NCBI RefSeq assembly: GCF_963921235.1
Contig: NC_086097.1
Span: 110,052,001-110,116,000 of the forward strand
From: Mobula hypostoma
Taxonomy: Eukaryota
DNA length: 64,000 nucleotides
Direction of reading: 5' to 3'
Position numbers and translations under genes: made by a program. Below the pieces are notes generated by a model. That model was not told the origin of the DNA and did no database searches. It saw only the letters and a list, made by a program, of their open reading frames with translations. Of the stretch, positions 23,700 to 36,350 are shown one piece after another (position 1 is the stretch's first letter; every line of letters begins with the position of its first letter).

Positions 23700-24320
23700 G
23701 GGATAAAAACCCAGGTCGTCAATCTACACAAGGAAGAGAGGGGATTTGCACCACACTGCGGTCATGTACTGATGAATTAATCCAGTAAGAAGAAACAATC
23801 ACCCACCTTTCAAGGGATCAGCAGAAGCTCAAGACATCGATTCAGAACAGATTGGAAGACTTGCAAGTTGGGGAAGATCAAGGAAGTGTTTTGACTAAGG
23901 GCAACAGAAAACCGAGAGCCCAGGGAGGGGAGTTTGTCTACACTTCCGAGGAGGTGAAGAAATGGAGGACAGATCTCAGAAAAGGGAGGCGGGCACTTGA
24001 AAGGAACCTGAAGATGACTATCGCGAGTTTAAATGAAGTGGAAAAACTGAAAGTTGACCTGGAAGACGTCCTCAGGAAGAAACAACCGGAGGCTGAACGT
24101 TCTTTAACTGCTGCTTGTCAGGTCAGGGTGGAAGAAGCTGGTGGGGTAACTGCGTCCCAGACTGAGATGGCCAGGAACCCTGAGTCAGAACTGCTGAGGC
24201 TGTGACGAGAGTTGAAGGAGTCCCCGAAGAAGCTGACGTCTCGACTGCAGGAGGCTGCAGGGGTAGCCCCGGTTAAATGTTTCAGTTTGGAGAAGTTCAA
24301 ACAGCAGCTACCGATCGAAG
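23700..24320 (+). pseudogene. Captured, intronless, internally deleted sarcomeric myosin heavy chain rod fragment (MYH16-like)
   Basis: EETITHL...[16 protein letters not shown]...[45 protein letters not shown], then EAERSL, RVEEAGGVTASQTEMARNPESELLRL*RELKES and [10 protein letters not shown]...[12 protein letters not shown], all in myosin II rod order. Confidence 0.85.
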
Positions 24321-24837
24321 GAATGAGGAAGGATACGGATTCGAAGGATGATGTGCTGCACATGTGGTACATGCTGCCTTTCGCTAACTTCCCCGTGAAT
24401 GAGGAAGAGACCTTTGGCCCTTCTCCCACTGAGTCAGGTGTAGTGGGGAGGGCTAGCTGTGGGCAGTCTGAGTTGCGGCAGGATTGGGAAGGAGGAGAGG
24501 CGGTGCCCTGGACACAGGACTGGGGGCTCCGAGCTGTAGTGGTGGCCTGAGTGAGAGAGGAGTTGGCAAGCAGGCCCGAGGTATCCCTAGTAGTGTCTGA
24601 GCCTTTTGGGTTTAGGTGAGGGAGTACGGAGGTCTCAGAGGGTTAAGAAGCTCCCAGATAGGTTGGCCTATGTAGTGCCCGTGGGACGGGAGTAAGGTCC
24701 ACTGTTTGGGGAGAACTGTCACTGTGTGTATCTGTGTATGTGTGTGTTGTGTGTATGTGTGTGTTGTGTGTCTGCAGGACTGGTTGGCGAGTTATTTAGA
24801 AGTCATGAGGACATGACTTTATTTGGTGGGGGGAGAG

Positions 24838-25528
24838 TGTAAGGGGGTTTCGACTTTTATGTTACTGCAGAGGCTAATTAAAATGGCGTCTTTGTTATGT
24901 TAATCTGGGGAATGCAGCTTTGTTGTTTTAAACGCTGAGAATATTTGCGCTAGCAGCTTGTTTTGGTTTAGAGTGTGATAAGAAATATGTTATTAACCAA
25001 TTGGGATAGTTGTTATGTTTTTGGTGTATTTGAAGATACTGTATGCGCGGGGTTTTGGGGCAGAAGGCGGGAGAGCGAGACAGAGGATGGACGATGTGCT
25101 GTGATGTCCGCTAACGGGGTCGGACCCCGAGGAGGGCGTTCGGCGAGGAGACAGAGACGGACTCGTGTGGAGCGTCTGGTCGACCACCGTTGGTAGTCCC
25201 AGGCGACCGGTCGAGGTGGTCTGAGGGGTTGCAGGGTGAAGAAGAAGGTCCTTGAGCTCCAACGGTTTTGTGCACGAAGAGATTGAACTTTGATAAGTGT
25301 GGCGCCTTTTATTTTCCTTTTATATTTTATTCTCTCTTAATTAGTTCCAGTAATATTTATAAACTGTAAATCATTTAATCGTATCTGGTGTATTGTCTGT
25401 TATTTGGGTGGGGTGGGGTACATCACACAGCATCCACAAAAACGAATTACCCAGTTTGCCGGGGCCGAAGGCTGTTTTCCTAGACGACAGCGAGCCGAGC
25501 GAACCTGAGGGTGGCCGGGGGGGCTACA
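24838..25528 (+). repeat. 3' LTR
   Basis: Direct repeat of 21416-22125, preceded by PPT GGTGGGGGGAGAG. Confidence 0.95.
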
Positions 25529-25959
25529 ATTGCAACTCATCGCAATGACAGCAATTTTACTGTATCATCTGCCTGTCCTTCTTGACAGTCTCACTACACA
25601 CTGCCTCTGCCTACTGCCCAGCTGCCCCCTCCTCAGCCCTATCACTCAGTTTTTCACTTCCCTGCCAAATTAGTTTAAGCTCTCCCCAACAGTTCTAGCA
25701 AACCTGCCTTAAGTTTATTGGTCCCCTCAGGTTCAGGAAGGTATGACTCGTCCCTTTCGTATATTTCATATTCCACCGAAGAGATTCCAATGATCCAGAG
25801 ATCTGAAACCCTGCCCTTGCACCAGTTCCTCAGCCACGCATTCACCTGTTAAATCATCCTATTCTTACCCTCACTGGCATATAATCTAGGTAGTAATCCA
25901 GAAGATTCAAACATGAGGGAAGAAATGAGAATCTGGACTTTCTCCTAAAATCCACAAAT

Positions 25960-27200
25960 TCAGTTCATATCATGTAATACAAAGAAACTGCTGAAAACAC
26001 TGAGTTCAGTAAAGATCATGGGGCCTGACAACATCTCAGCTGTAATATTGAAAACATGCACACCAAAACTAGCTGCAGTTTAGCCAAGCTCTTCCAGTAC
26101 AGTTACAATATTGGTAACTACTCAAGAATATGAAAATGGCATATCGTTTTCATAAAAGCTGAATGAATTCAATTACCACACAGTCAGTCTCCCCTCAATT
26201 AGCAACAAAGTGATAATGTCATTTGCAGTACTATCCAGTGCCACATATTCAATAACCTGCTCACCATGCCCAGTCTGGATTTTGCCAGGATCATTCCATT
26301 CCAGACATCATGATGGCCCTAAGCCAAACAGCAAAGAAAAGCTGAGGTGAACATGATCATCCTATCCATCAAGAAAGCATTTGAGTGAATACGGTATTGA
26401 AAAACTCCGATAACACTGAACATCATGGGGAATCCACTTCACTACCGGAGTCAAACCGTAGACAGAGATTGTTGTGGTTGTGAGAAGACAATCATCCACA
26501 CCAGGACATCAGAGCACAAGTTCATCAGAGCAGCGTCCCTAGTCCGTCCATCTACGGCAGCTTCACCAGGACCATATTTCTATCACAACGTCAGAACTGC
26601 AAACAATTTCCAAGGAGAGAGAATTAATTCCCTGATCTTGATATTTAATGGCATATCATCGAACATCAAACACCACCACGTCAGTATCCTGAGAGTTACT
26701 GTTGAACAATCTGTCTAGCCACAGAAATACTACGTCCTTAAGAGCAGGTCAAAGGCTGGGAACCCTGGGGCAAATGATTCACGTCCTTGAGAACTCAAAA
26801 CACGTCCACCACTTACACTGCACATCATGAACATAACACAGGAATAGTTCCCTCTACCTGCCTTGATAGATGCAGCTCCAACAACAGAGAAGAAACTCCA
26901 CAACATCCAAGACAATCCAATTCATTTCACTGACATCACATCCCCTCTAAACATTTTTTCTTTCTGTGCAAAGTGGCTCCAAACTGTGCCATATACTCAA
27001 TGACCTACAGTTATTCAGTCACTCTGAAGGTATCCCTCCAACCCTAGATCTCCAACACCAAGAAGGAAACAGGCTAAAGATACAAATTACAGCTACCGGC
27101 ATGTTCTCCTCCTAGCCCTACACCATCCAGACTTGGCAATGTATTGCTCCTTCTTTATCATTGCAAGTTCTCATTCTCAATCTGATTCTTTTACAACAAT
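25960..27200 (+). mobile_element. Ancient CR1/L2-group LINE RT remnant
   Basis: KIMGPDNISAVILKTCTPKLA segment and decayed downstream RT motifs. Confidence 0.6.
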
Positions 27201-27989
27201 TGTATCAAGCAAAACTGGGTGTATGGGGTGTATAGGGAGGAGTGGCACCTCTGGTTCACGTATCCAGTCTGGGGAAGCTCACTCATCTCTGGTCTTCACC
27301 CGACACTCAGCTCTCACCTGTGGCTCCAAAGTAGCTGTTGGCCTATGACAATGGCTGCACCCCGGTACACCACTTTGACCGGTGAGGCAAACTAGGTGAG
27401 GGTAGTCGGCGGGCCTCATACCCCAGTGAGACCGGGACATGCTTGTCCTAGCATGTGAAGTCAGCTCCAGCAAACTGGGTAGATGCGAACCAACGGTGGT
27501 TCTGCAATACTGTGTGGAGAGCAAAATGCATGATGAGGCACAGAAGAAGTCATGTGGTCATCCATTGTAACCAAGGAGGACCACAGTTGTGATGACTACT
27601 CAAACCAGAGTCATCCGGATGTCCGAGGTTGAGAGAATGGAATCACCCCATTTCAAAATGCTTTTCCATTTTAAAAACTCTCCCGTGCAGGCTTCCTGTC
27701 ATTGTTGGATACAGCAGACAACTACCATCATGCAAATACCATTAACTAATGCTAACCACACAGACCCCAACCTAAACACAAAGTTCCAGCCATTCCCTAT
27801 CCTAAACTATTAAACATGATGCCAAACATTTCGAATTCCAAACTATAAAACATACTGTAAGTCTAGTCTTTCAGAAGTCCAACCATTGAACAGTTGTCTA
27901 ATATTCAGAATATCAAACCATTAAATATAATGCCAATATTCAGATTCCAATCATTTGGTTCAATGACAAAAATGCTAAGCTATTAACTT

Positions 27990-29170
27990 ATTTGGCTGAC
28001 TGGTCTTATAACAACAACCTTTCACTCAGTGTCAAGGACACGACCCACCCAGCCAACGCACTTTTCGTCCCTCTTCCCTCCGGGAGAAGGCTCAGGAGCT
28101 TGAAGACTCGTACGACCAGATTTGGGAACAGCTTCTTTCCAACTGTGATAAGACTGCTGAACGGATCCTGACCCGGATCTGGGTCGTACCCTCCAAATAT
28201 CCAGACCTGCCTCTCAATTTTTTTGCACTACCTTACTTTCCATTTTTCTATTTTCTATTTATGATTCATAATTTAAATTTTTAATATTTACTATCGATTT
28301 GTAATCCAGGGAGCAGGAAGTGCAGAATCAAATATCGCTGTGATGATTGTATGTTCTAGTATCAATTATTTGGCGACAATAAAGTATAAAGTATAAAGTA
28401 TGTCAGCAAGACCAAGGAACTGATTGTAGACTTCAGGAGAGGGGAACCAGAGGTACATGAGCAAGTCCTCATCAAAGGATCACCTCACTGGAGGATCAGA
28501 GGTGGAGAGGGTAAGCAACTTTAAATTCCTGAGTGTTACTATTCCAGTAGCACTAGGTGTTACTGAGTCTTGGACTCAGCACATAGGCGCAATTGCGAAG
28601 AAAGCACCTCTATTTCCTTAGGAGTCTGTGGAAATTCAGCATAACATCTAAAACTTTGGCAAACTTTGATAGAAGTACAGTGGAGAGTGTATTGACTGTA
28701 GCATCACAGCCTGGTATGGAAATACCAATCCCTTTGAATGGCATCATACTATAAATGATGGTGGATTCAGCCCAGTACGTCACAGGTAAAACCCTCCCAA
28801 TGCTTAGGCACATCTACGTGAAAGCTTGTCATAGGCAAGAGTATCCATCAGCAGAGATTCCCACCACCCAGGTCATGCTCTCTTCTTGCTGCTGCCATCA
28901 GGTAGAAGATACAGGAGCCTCAGAACTCATGCCACCAGGTTCACAAGCATTTACTATTCCTCAGTCAGCTGGCTCTTGATTAAAAGGGGTTAACGACACT
29001 CACTTGCCCCATTATTGAAATGTTCCTACAACCAATGACCTCAATTTAAGAACTCTTTATCTCAGTATCTCATGTTCACATTATTTATTGCTATTTATTT
29101 ATATTTGTATCTGCACAGTTTGTTGCCTTCTGCACTAAGGTAGATCTTTCATTGATCCTGTTATAGTTAC
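27990..29170 (+). mobile_element. Rex1/Babar-like 3' fragments (one nested in another)
   Basis: VSKTKELIVDFRR, VERVSNFKFLSV; inner copy about 28030-28400 ends in (TAAAGTA)n. Confidence 0.75.
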
Positions 29171-29177
29171 TATTCTG

Positions 29178-29548
29178 GGCGGAGCTACAATGGCACTCTA
29201 CATTGACTTCTTCGAGCTCATCTGCGGAAACAGCTTAATTTTTATCTCTAACGTCTCTCTTTCCTTTTCAAGGTGGATGGGGTTCTGTTGAAGATCCTGG
29301 CCTACAGCTACAATCAAACTATGGGTCTTTGCAGTGATGGGACCCGCTCCCAGGGCTCACCGACTGGCCATTTCTCGATATCCCAAGGACGCGGCCTAGA
29401 AGACGAGCACGCCTTTGGGGTTCCAAAGCTTTGCAGCCCTCAGGACAAGCTGATTCTATGCCAATGCTGCCAACTGAAGCATCACAGGAGAAAACAGAAT
29501 ATCAGAAACAGCGGATCAGCTATCGGAGGGCTCTATACTCAAATTGCG

Positions 29549-29606
<58 letters not shown>

Positions 29607-30088
29607 GGCAGGGGAGAGTTTGTTGCCAATTCTTAAGTCAGAGAACTTGGAAAAAAATGCGACATAGCAAACCATAAATCAGCAGGTTGTTTGCCTTTGT
29701 TGGTCTCCTCTCTCACTGCAAAAGGGTGACTGACACCTCTCTGTCCCTTTATTAGGGAGAGAGAGAGAGCCTGTGGTGTGTCGAATTGTGGGGTGAATGA
29801 TTGGTTTTTGTTGTGCTGTAGATCATGGTCTTGGGGGTTTGCTATTGCTTGCCTGGTGGGAGGAGGGTGCAGAAATTTATTTGTGCTGAGGTAAGTGGGG
29901 AGGGGGAGGGTCATTGCTTTGCTGCTGCTGCTTGTGTGTGAAAGGGGGGATGTGGGTGGGGGCTTTGGGGTTCTAACATTTTTACTGTCACTAATTCTCT
30001 GGGACACTTCTGTTTTGTGGATGTCTGCGAAGAAAAAGAACCTCAGGTTGTATATTGTATACATTCTCTGATATTAAATGGAACCTGA
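29178..30088 (+). mobile_element. Non-coding, non-autonomous retroelement with Rex1-type 3' tail
   Basis: 9-bp TSD ACTATTCTG at 29169-29177 and 30089-30097; tail similar to 8273-8470 and 34380-34560. Confidence 0.65.
29551..29603. repeat. (CT)n microsatellite
   Basis: Perfect CT run. Confidence 0.95.
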
Positions 30089-31559
30089 ACTATTCTGTAG
30101 ATTTGCTGAGTATACTCACAAGAAAATGAATCTCAAGGTTGTATATGGTAATATATATGTACTTTGATAATAAAATTTTACTTTGAACTTTGAACCTTAC
30201 TAAATACTGCTATTCAGAAACCCAACCATTGAGAATTTTAAGAAGATGGCTCACCAGCACCTTCTCATTTAGAGATGTCTATACTTGCTGGTCTTGTCAG
30301 TGATGTCTATGTCCTAAATATTAATAACTAAGGAAAAAAGCTATGTACTAATAGATGAGTCCATTTACTCTCACTAATTATAAACTCCAATAATTTCCCA
30401 ACCAAGAATATTTAGCAGCCTGGTTTATAACACTTCAGCTTCCCTTTTTCTTTTCTTAAAATGTAAACTGTTTAGTTTTAGTCAAAGATATGATGCACAA
30501 ACTGAGGGAACATCAAGGGAATTGTGTTGCATGCACACACATTTTGAGATGAAGCCCCTCTAATTCTGGGTGCTCGTTATTGTTTACTTCAGTCTCATAA
30601 ATTGGCTTAGTTTCTTGGTGAGTCATTCTCATTTTCAATATTAGTTTTCACAGAATGCTATCATTTTCATGCAATGCAAATCCTGATACAAAATAATTAT
30701 TTAATACATTCACAATTTCCTTTTATTCATTTACTAATTAATCAACTATTTTAGATGGCATTTTTACCTCCTGATATAATCACAACAATTGTTACATTAA
30801 CTGTGCAGCTTTCTTATCAAAATATCTAGGAAAGATATTTTAGAAATAGATGCTGGAGAATTTCTCAGTTCTCCACCATTGTAGCTTTGGCAGAAATCCT
30901 GCAAGCATACGTAAATGGATTTCTGCCAAGTTTATTGCAGAGGATCAGACGAAACCCCGGGGAAATTCCTGGCAGTGAATTTTACAAGATACTTTCCTGT
31001 ACCTGCTGCGGCCCCTTTACATTTATTTGCACCTTTAACTCACTGTCCAGCAATGCTTGTTATATGCAGGCATGAATATTAAGTGTAAATGAGGTGGTAA
31101 TGCTGTAAATGTGTTGAATGATATCATTACCTTTGCCTGTAAATAAACCTGACAAATGTTGGAAATGTGTTTTGTTTCCTCTGCAGATTGATTCTAGCAA
31201 GTTGAAATATATACATGGTACCATCATTGTACATTTTCACACAATTTTCAAGGCTTTACAATCAAGAAATCCCTAGGAAAATCTGTTTGAAATCCTATAC
31301 AATCTTCCTGAAGTTGATTTCCTTGCACTGAAAATTTAGAGGAAAATATTATCACCATCCAGTTTTATCTAAGCTACTTTATTGCTTACATCAAATTATC
31401 CTTTGAATGTGATGGTAAAATCTTCCTCTTAAAAGCCACATTCTTAAGGAAGCGCCTTCCTCATAGATGGAGAACATCAGGTTTGATGAAGAAGTGTGAT
31501 CAATTTTCAAATTAAGGATGAGTAACGGAAAGTCGAAGGACTTTTCAGTTGAGATTTGG

Positions 31560-33250
31560 GATCTGGAAATCAGTGGCAAGGCCGGAATTTATTGCCCATC
31601 TCGAGCTGCCCTTGAGAAAGTGGTGGTTCTTCAACCACTGGAGTTCTTCTGCTGAACACAATTCTGCAGCACTTTGGAGTGATTCCAGAATTTAGAATTA
31701 GCAATGATAAGGTTCCATAATATATTTCCATCTGCTAATGGCTTGTGGTGTGGGCAGAAACCTGCAAGTACTGGTGTTTCCGTGTACCTGCTACCTTAAT
31801 CATTCTTGAAGATAGAGGTTATAGGCTTGGGAAATGCTCTTAGAGTAACCTGGTTGAGTATCTATAGTTGCAAACTGTATATATTGCAGCCATGTGCTGA
31901 TGGGGTGTTAAGGGGGAGGGGGCTGCTACGTTTTTCTGGATAGTGTCAGGTATCACACTCCAGACTTGGTCCATGCAAATAAAATTTCTAGTGGTATCAG
32001 GAGGTTAATCACTCACAACAGCGTTTGACCTCCTCCTTTTATGGCTGATCTATCTGGTCAGTGGTGACATACAGAATACTGATATTGATAATCGCAAACA
32101 CAATGTTATTGAATGTCGGTGGAAGGTGGTCAGACTCGCCCTTGCCACAGCCTTGCATTATTGTGGTGTGAATGTTACCTGCACGTCTGATTTGTTGCCT
32201 CTGGGCATGGAATGCTGCATTTGCTGAAGACTTGTGAGTCGAGTTGCAAGTTGCATCATCAGCAGCAAAGAGCCTCACTTCTGATAAAAAAGACCATAGA
32301 TGAAACAGCTGTAAATGGTTGGGCCTGTGTCACTGACCTGACACACTCCTGCAGTAATGTCTCTGGACGGGAATGACTGACCTCTGTTGACCACAGCTAT
32401 CTTCCTTCACGTGAGGTATAATTTTAGATAGTGAAATATTTTCTCTTTGATACCCACTGACTTCCTGGTTACCTGGATGCATTGATGCCACACTGATTCA
32501 AGTGCTGCATTGATATCAAGTTCTTCTTACTTCACCTCTAGAATTCAGCTCTTTGGGCCACATTTGGCCTAAAGCCATAACAGGGTTTAGTGCCTTTTTG
32601 TCATGGCAAAAACTGGGCATTAGTGAGTAGATTACTGGGGAATAAGTGCCACTTTCAATTACTTAATTGATGATTAAGAGTAAACCAATTAGCCATATTG
32701 GATCTACCCTGCTTTTTGCAGGTGGGACATCCCCTGAGCATTTTTTTTTGCATTGTCAAATTAATTCCAGTATTGGTTAGAAGCATAGCATGTTCTGGTG
32801 TGGAGATCTTTGTTAGTGTAGCTAAGATCTAGTCTGGTCCAATAAATATTGTTGTTTCCAGCCTCTCAACCATTGCTTGATATCACATGAAGTGCATCAC
32901 ACAGTAAAAAACCTGCTTCTCAAGAGGATGCTGAAATAAAACATATAATCAATACTACGGATTGAACATGGTTGTGAATGTTTCAAAAATTCTTCAGCTC
33001 TTCTTCGAAGGATTCTGTTGTTACTGAGGATGGTGCTATTTTTGGCACCTCCTTCCATTACTTGTTGAATTGTCCACCACTTTTCACAAGCCTGTGCAAT
33101 CCGATACTTGTGAGCTGGCTTAGCTATGCCTAATGCATGCCAGTGTGCTACTAACCACACATGTATTTCTGTATTGCACTGTCACTAGGCTGGTACCTCA
33201 TGATTTTCCCAGCGTGCACTTCTGTACTTCTAAATCAACCAATGTTGATT
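31560..33250 (-). mobile_element. Ancient CR1/L2-group LINE remnant
   Basis: Tail atttattgcccatc...gcccttgagaaagtggtgg (same tail on + at about 30240-30315); decayed RT-like segments. Confidence 0.5.
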
Positions 33251-33269
33251 CTCCAGTTTGATCCTAATA

Positions 33270-35567
33270 GAGTCATAAAGCCATGGAGTCTTTGAACTCC
33301 ACAGCACAGAACAGGACATTCTGCATATTTTCTCTGTGCCAAAGTAATATTCTGCCTTGCTGTGTTGACCTACGCCTGGAGCACAGCCCTCCACACTCCT
33401 TTCATCCATATACTTATCGAAATAAAACATTGAAATCAACCACTTGGCAGCTCATTCCACACTCACATCACCCTCTGAGTGAAGAAGTTCTCCCTCATGT
33501 TGCCCTTAAACTTTTCCCCTTTCACTCTTAACTCATGACCTCTAGTTGTAGGCCCACCCAATCTCAGTGGAAAAAGCCTGCTTGCATTTACCCTATCTAT
33601 ACCCTCATAATTTTGTATATCAAATCTCCTCTCATTCCACTACACTTCAGGGAATTATGTCCTCACCTATTCAACCTCTCCCTGTAACTCAGGTTCTCAA
33701 ATCCTGTCAACATCCTTGCAAATTTACTCGGAATTCTTTCAATCTTATTGATACCTTTCCTGTAGGTAAGTGACCAAAACTGCAGACAATACTACAAATT
33801 GGGCCTCACCAATATCTTGCACAGCTTCACCATAACATCCTATGCCTGTGCTCAATATTTTGATTTATGAAGGCCAACATGGCAAAAGCTCTTTTTGCAA
33901 CCCTATCAACCTATGATGCCACTTTCAAGGAATTATGGATTAGTATTCCCATATCCCTGTGTCCTACCACTTACCATGTAAATCCTAGCCTGGTTAGTCC
34001 TCCCATAGTGCAATGCCTTACATTGGTCTGCATTAAATTCCATCCGCAATTTTTCAGCCCATTTTCCCAGGTAATCCAGATCCCATTGAAAGTTTTGATC
34101 ACATTCCTCACTGTCAACTACAGCTCCAATCTTGGTCTCATCCATAAGTTTGCTAATCCAGTTAACCACATTATCATCCAGATCATTGATATAGATGACA
34201 AACAACAATATGCCCAGCATTGATTCTTGGGACCCACCACTAGTAACAGGCCTCCAGTCAGAGAGGCAACCATCTACTACCACTCTCTGTCTTCTCTTGT
34301 GAAGCCAAGGTCTAATCCAATTTACTACCTCATCTGGAATTCCAAGCGACTGAACCTCCCTTGCAGGACCTTATCAAAAATTCAAAGATTCAAAGCACAT
34401 TTGTTATCAAGGTGTATATATAGTATACAATCCTGAGGTTCATCTTCCTCACTGACAGCCACGAAACAAAGAAAGCCCTTGGAAACCGTTCAAAGAAAAA
34501 CATCAAACCAACCCCACCCCCACGCAAAAAAAAACAACAGATCGCATAAATGGCACCAAAACGAGAAAACAAGCACTAAACACAGAACATAAAAACACAA
34601 AATCAAAAGAGTCCTGGCATATTTCAGTTCAGCCCAGTGTTCAATTTCTGTAGGCTGCCCCAATTCAAAATCACCTAAAATAGCAACAAAAAAAGGAACA
34701 ACTAGAAACTAGAAACACATCATAACATGAACTACAGAATCCAATCCACAAGCCATATCGATTAAAGTTGCTCCAGCACCATCCTCAGATAGTAAAAATG
34801 GAAAGAAAAATAATTTGAAAGCAGGGACACTCCTTCAGTAGCAGCAAGCAAGAGGGAGAGAGAGACCGTCACATGCAGACATCTTCCTCTGGCAGCAGTG
34901 AGTGAGAGGCTGGTTGATGGCTCTGAACTCTCCTTGTCTTCCGTCCTCATGTCAATGATTTCAATCTTCTTCAGCTCTTTAATAGGCAAGATTACCAAGA
35001 AATGGAGTGGATCATGGGCTTGTGCCCAATCTCCAGGCTTTTTGGCCTTCAAGCTGCACGCTTTGCTTGAAGACTCACAGAACTCCCTTGGAGACATCAA
35101 AGTGCAGATTGCTCAATTGCTCTGAAAACACACCACCAAAATATAGTTGGGAGCCTACGAGGATGAAAGCCTCACAGGAGGCTTTCATCCTGTGAGCCTC
35201 AAGATCACAGGCTCCAACAGAGGCAGAACCACATTTGAAAGAAAAAGAAAATGTAAAAGAAGTGAAAGAATTAGTTTTGTGAACCATCTGAAGGATGTCA
35301 CCCTTGATGTTCACTTGGCACCATCTTCTTAAAAAGGCCTGCAAAAGTCTGAGTAGACATCATCCACTGCCTTACCTTCATCAACCTTCCTCAAGAATAT
35401 TGGCTAGACACAACCTACCACACACAAAGCCATCCCTAATCAGTCCCTGTCTATCCAAATACATATATATCCAGTCCCTTATAATACCTTCTAATAACTT
35501 ACCCACTACTAAGGTCAGGTCTATAATGTCCTGGCTTATTCTTAGAGCCTTTCTTAAACAATGGAAC
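33270..35567 (-). mobile_element. CR1 LINE (RT and 3' end); target of the L1 insertion, continues at 41194 to about 41760
   Basis: VVDGCLSDWRPVTSG...LFVIYINDLDDNV...MEFNADQC; LFKKGSKNKPGHYRP. Confidence 0.85.
34380..35330 (-). mobile_element. Non-coding, non-autonomous retroelement with Rex1-type tail
   Basis: Starts AAGATGGTGCC on the minus strand; same tail type as 29178-30088; interrupts CR1. Confidence 0.6.
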
Positions 35568-35974
35568 GAAGGGGAGACTGCACCTGTCTGTAAATAGAGT
35601 AGCAGCAGTTTTTGAGCTGCTCTTAGTTCTGTTCTTTCCCCCTAGTTTAAACTTCGAATTTAAAATTTTTATTTGCTGATTCTTGAGGGGGAACAATATG
35701 TCTATATCTACGAGGAGTGAGAAGACCTAGTCTGAACCTAGTGGTAAAGGTAATGGGAAAAGAAAGATCTGATGAAATGCCACCATGAGCTGAAGATATG
35801 GTTCGGATACTGAATTCAATGTTAGATCAGAATGGTTCAATTAAAGACCAACTGGAAAAGAATAGTAATGAAATGAAGTCATTTCTGGGAAAACTTAAAG
35901 ACCTGGAAACTCAAGTTATTACACACGAAGAGGAGTTGAAGATAACCAAGCAAAAATTGTTGAAGCTACAACTC

Positions 35975-36350
35975 ATAGAACATAGAACATAGAATAGTAC
36001 AGCATATTACAGGCCCTTCGGCCCACAATGTTGTGCCGACCCTCAAACCCTGCCTCCCAGATAACCCCCCACCTTCAATTCCTCCATATACTTGTCTAGT
36101 AGTATCTTAAACTTCACTAGTGTATCTGCCTCTACCACTGACTCAGGCAGTGCATTCCAGGCACCAACCACTCTCTGAGTAAAAAACCTTCCTCTAATAT
36201 CCCCCTTGAACTTCCCACCCCTTACCTTAAAGCCATGTCCTCTTGTATTGAGAAGTGGTGCCCTGGGGAAGAGGCGCTGGCTATCCACTCTATCTATTCC
36301 TCTTAATATCTTGTACACCTCTATCACATCTCCTCTCATCCTCCTTCTTT
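35975..36350 (-). mobile_element. CR1 3' fragment (young)
   Basis: MRGDVIEVYKILRGIDRVD...TRGHGFKV; (CATAGAA)n tail; nearly the same sequence as 63805-64000. Confidence 0.9.

Larger units (their letters stand above)
21416..25528 (+). mobile_element. Complete non-autonomous Gypsy LTR retrotransposon (4113 bp) carrying a captured myosin fragment
   Basis: Two closely similar TG...CA LTRs; TSD ATAG/ATTG (one mismatch); decayed tRNA-Pro-like PBS after 22125; PPT before 24838; gag, protease, RT and RNase H remnants. Confidence 0.95.

Noticed and set aside
23700..24320. Myosin segment as exons of a real host myh gene
   Set aside because: No flanking splice sites; it has stops, a frameshift and deletions, is fused to Gypsy pol inside paired LTRs, and no other myosin exons appear in the window.
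21571..25262. Duplicated 89-aa minus-strand ORFs (MELKDLLLHP...) as a gene pair
   Set aside because: They are antisense readings of the two LTRs.
27230..27730. GC-richer block resembling an RTE-related non-autonomous element
   Set aside because: No TSD or diagnostic motif could be fixed, so it is left unclassified.
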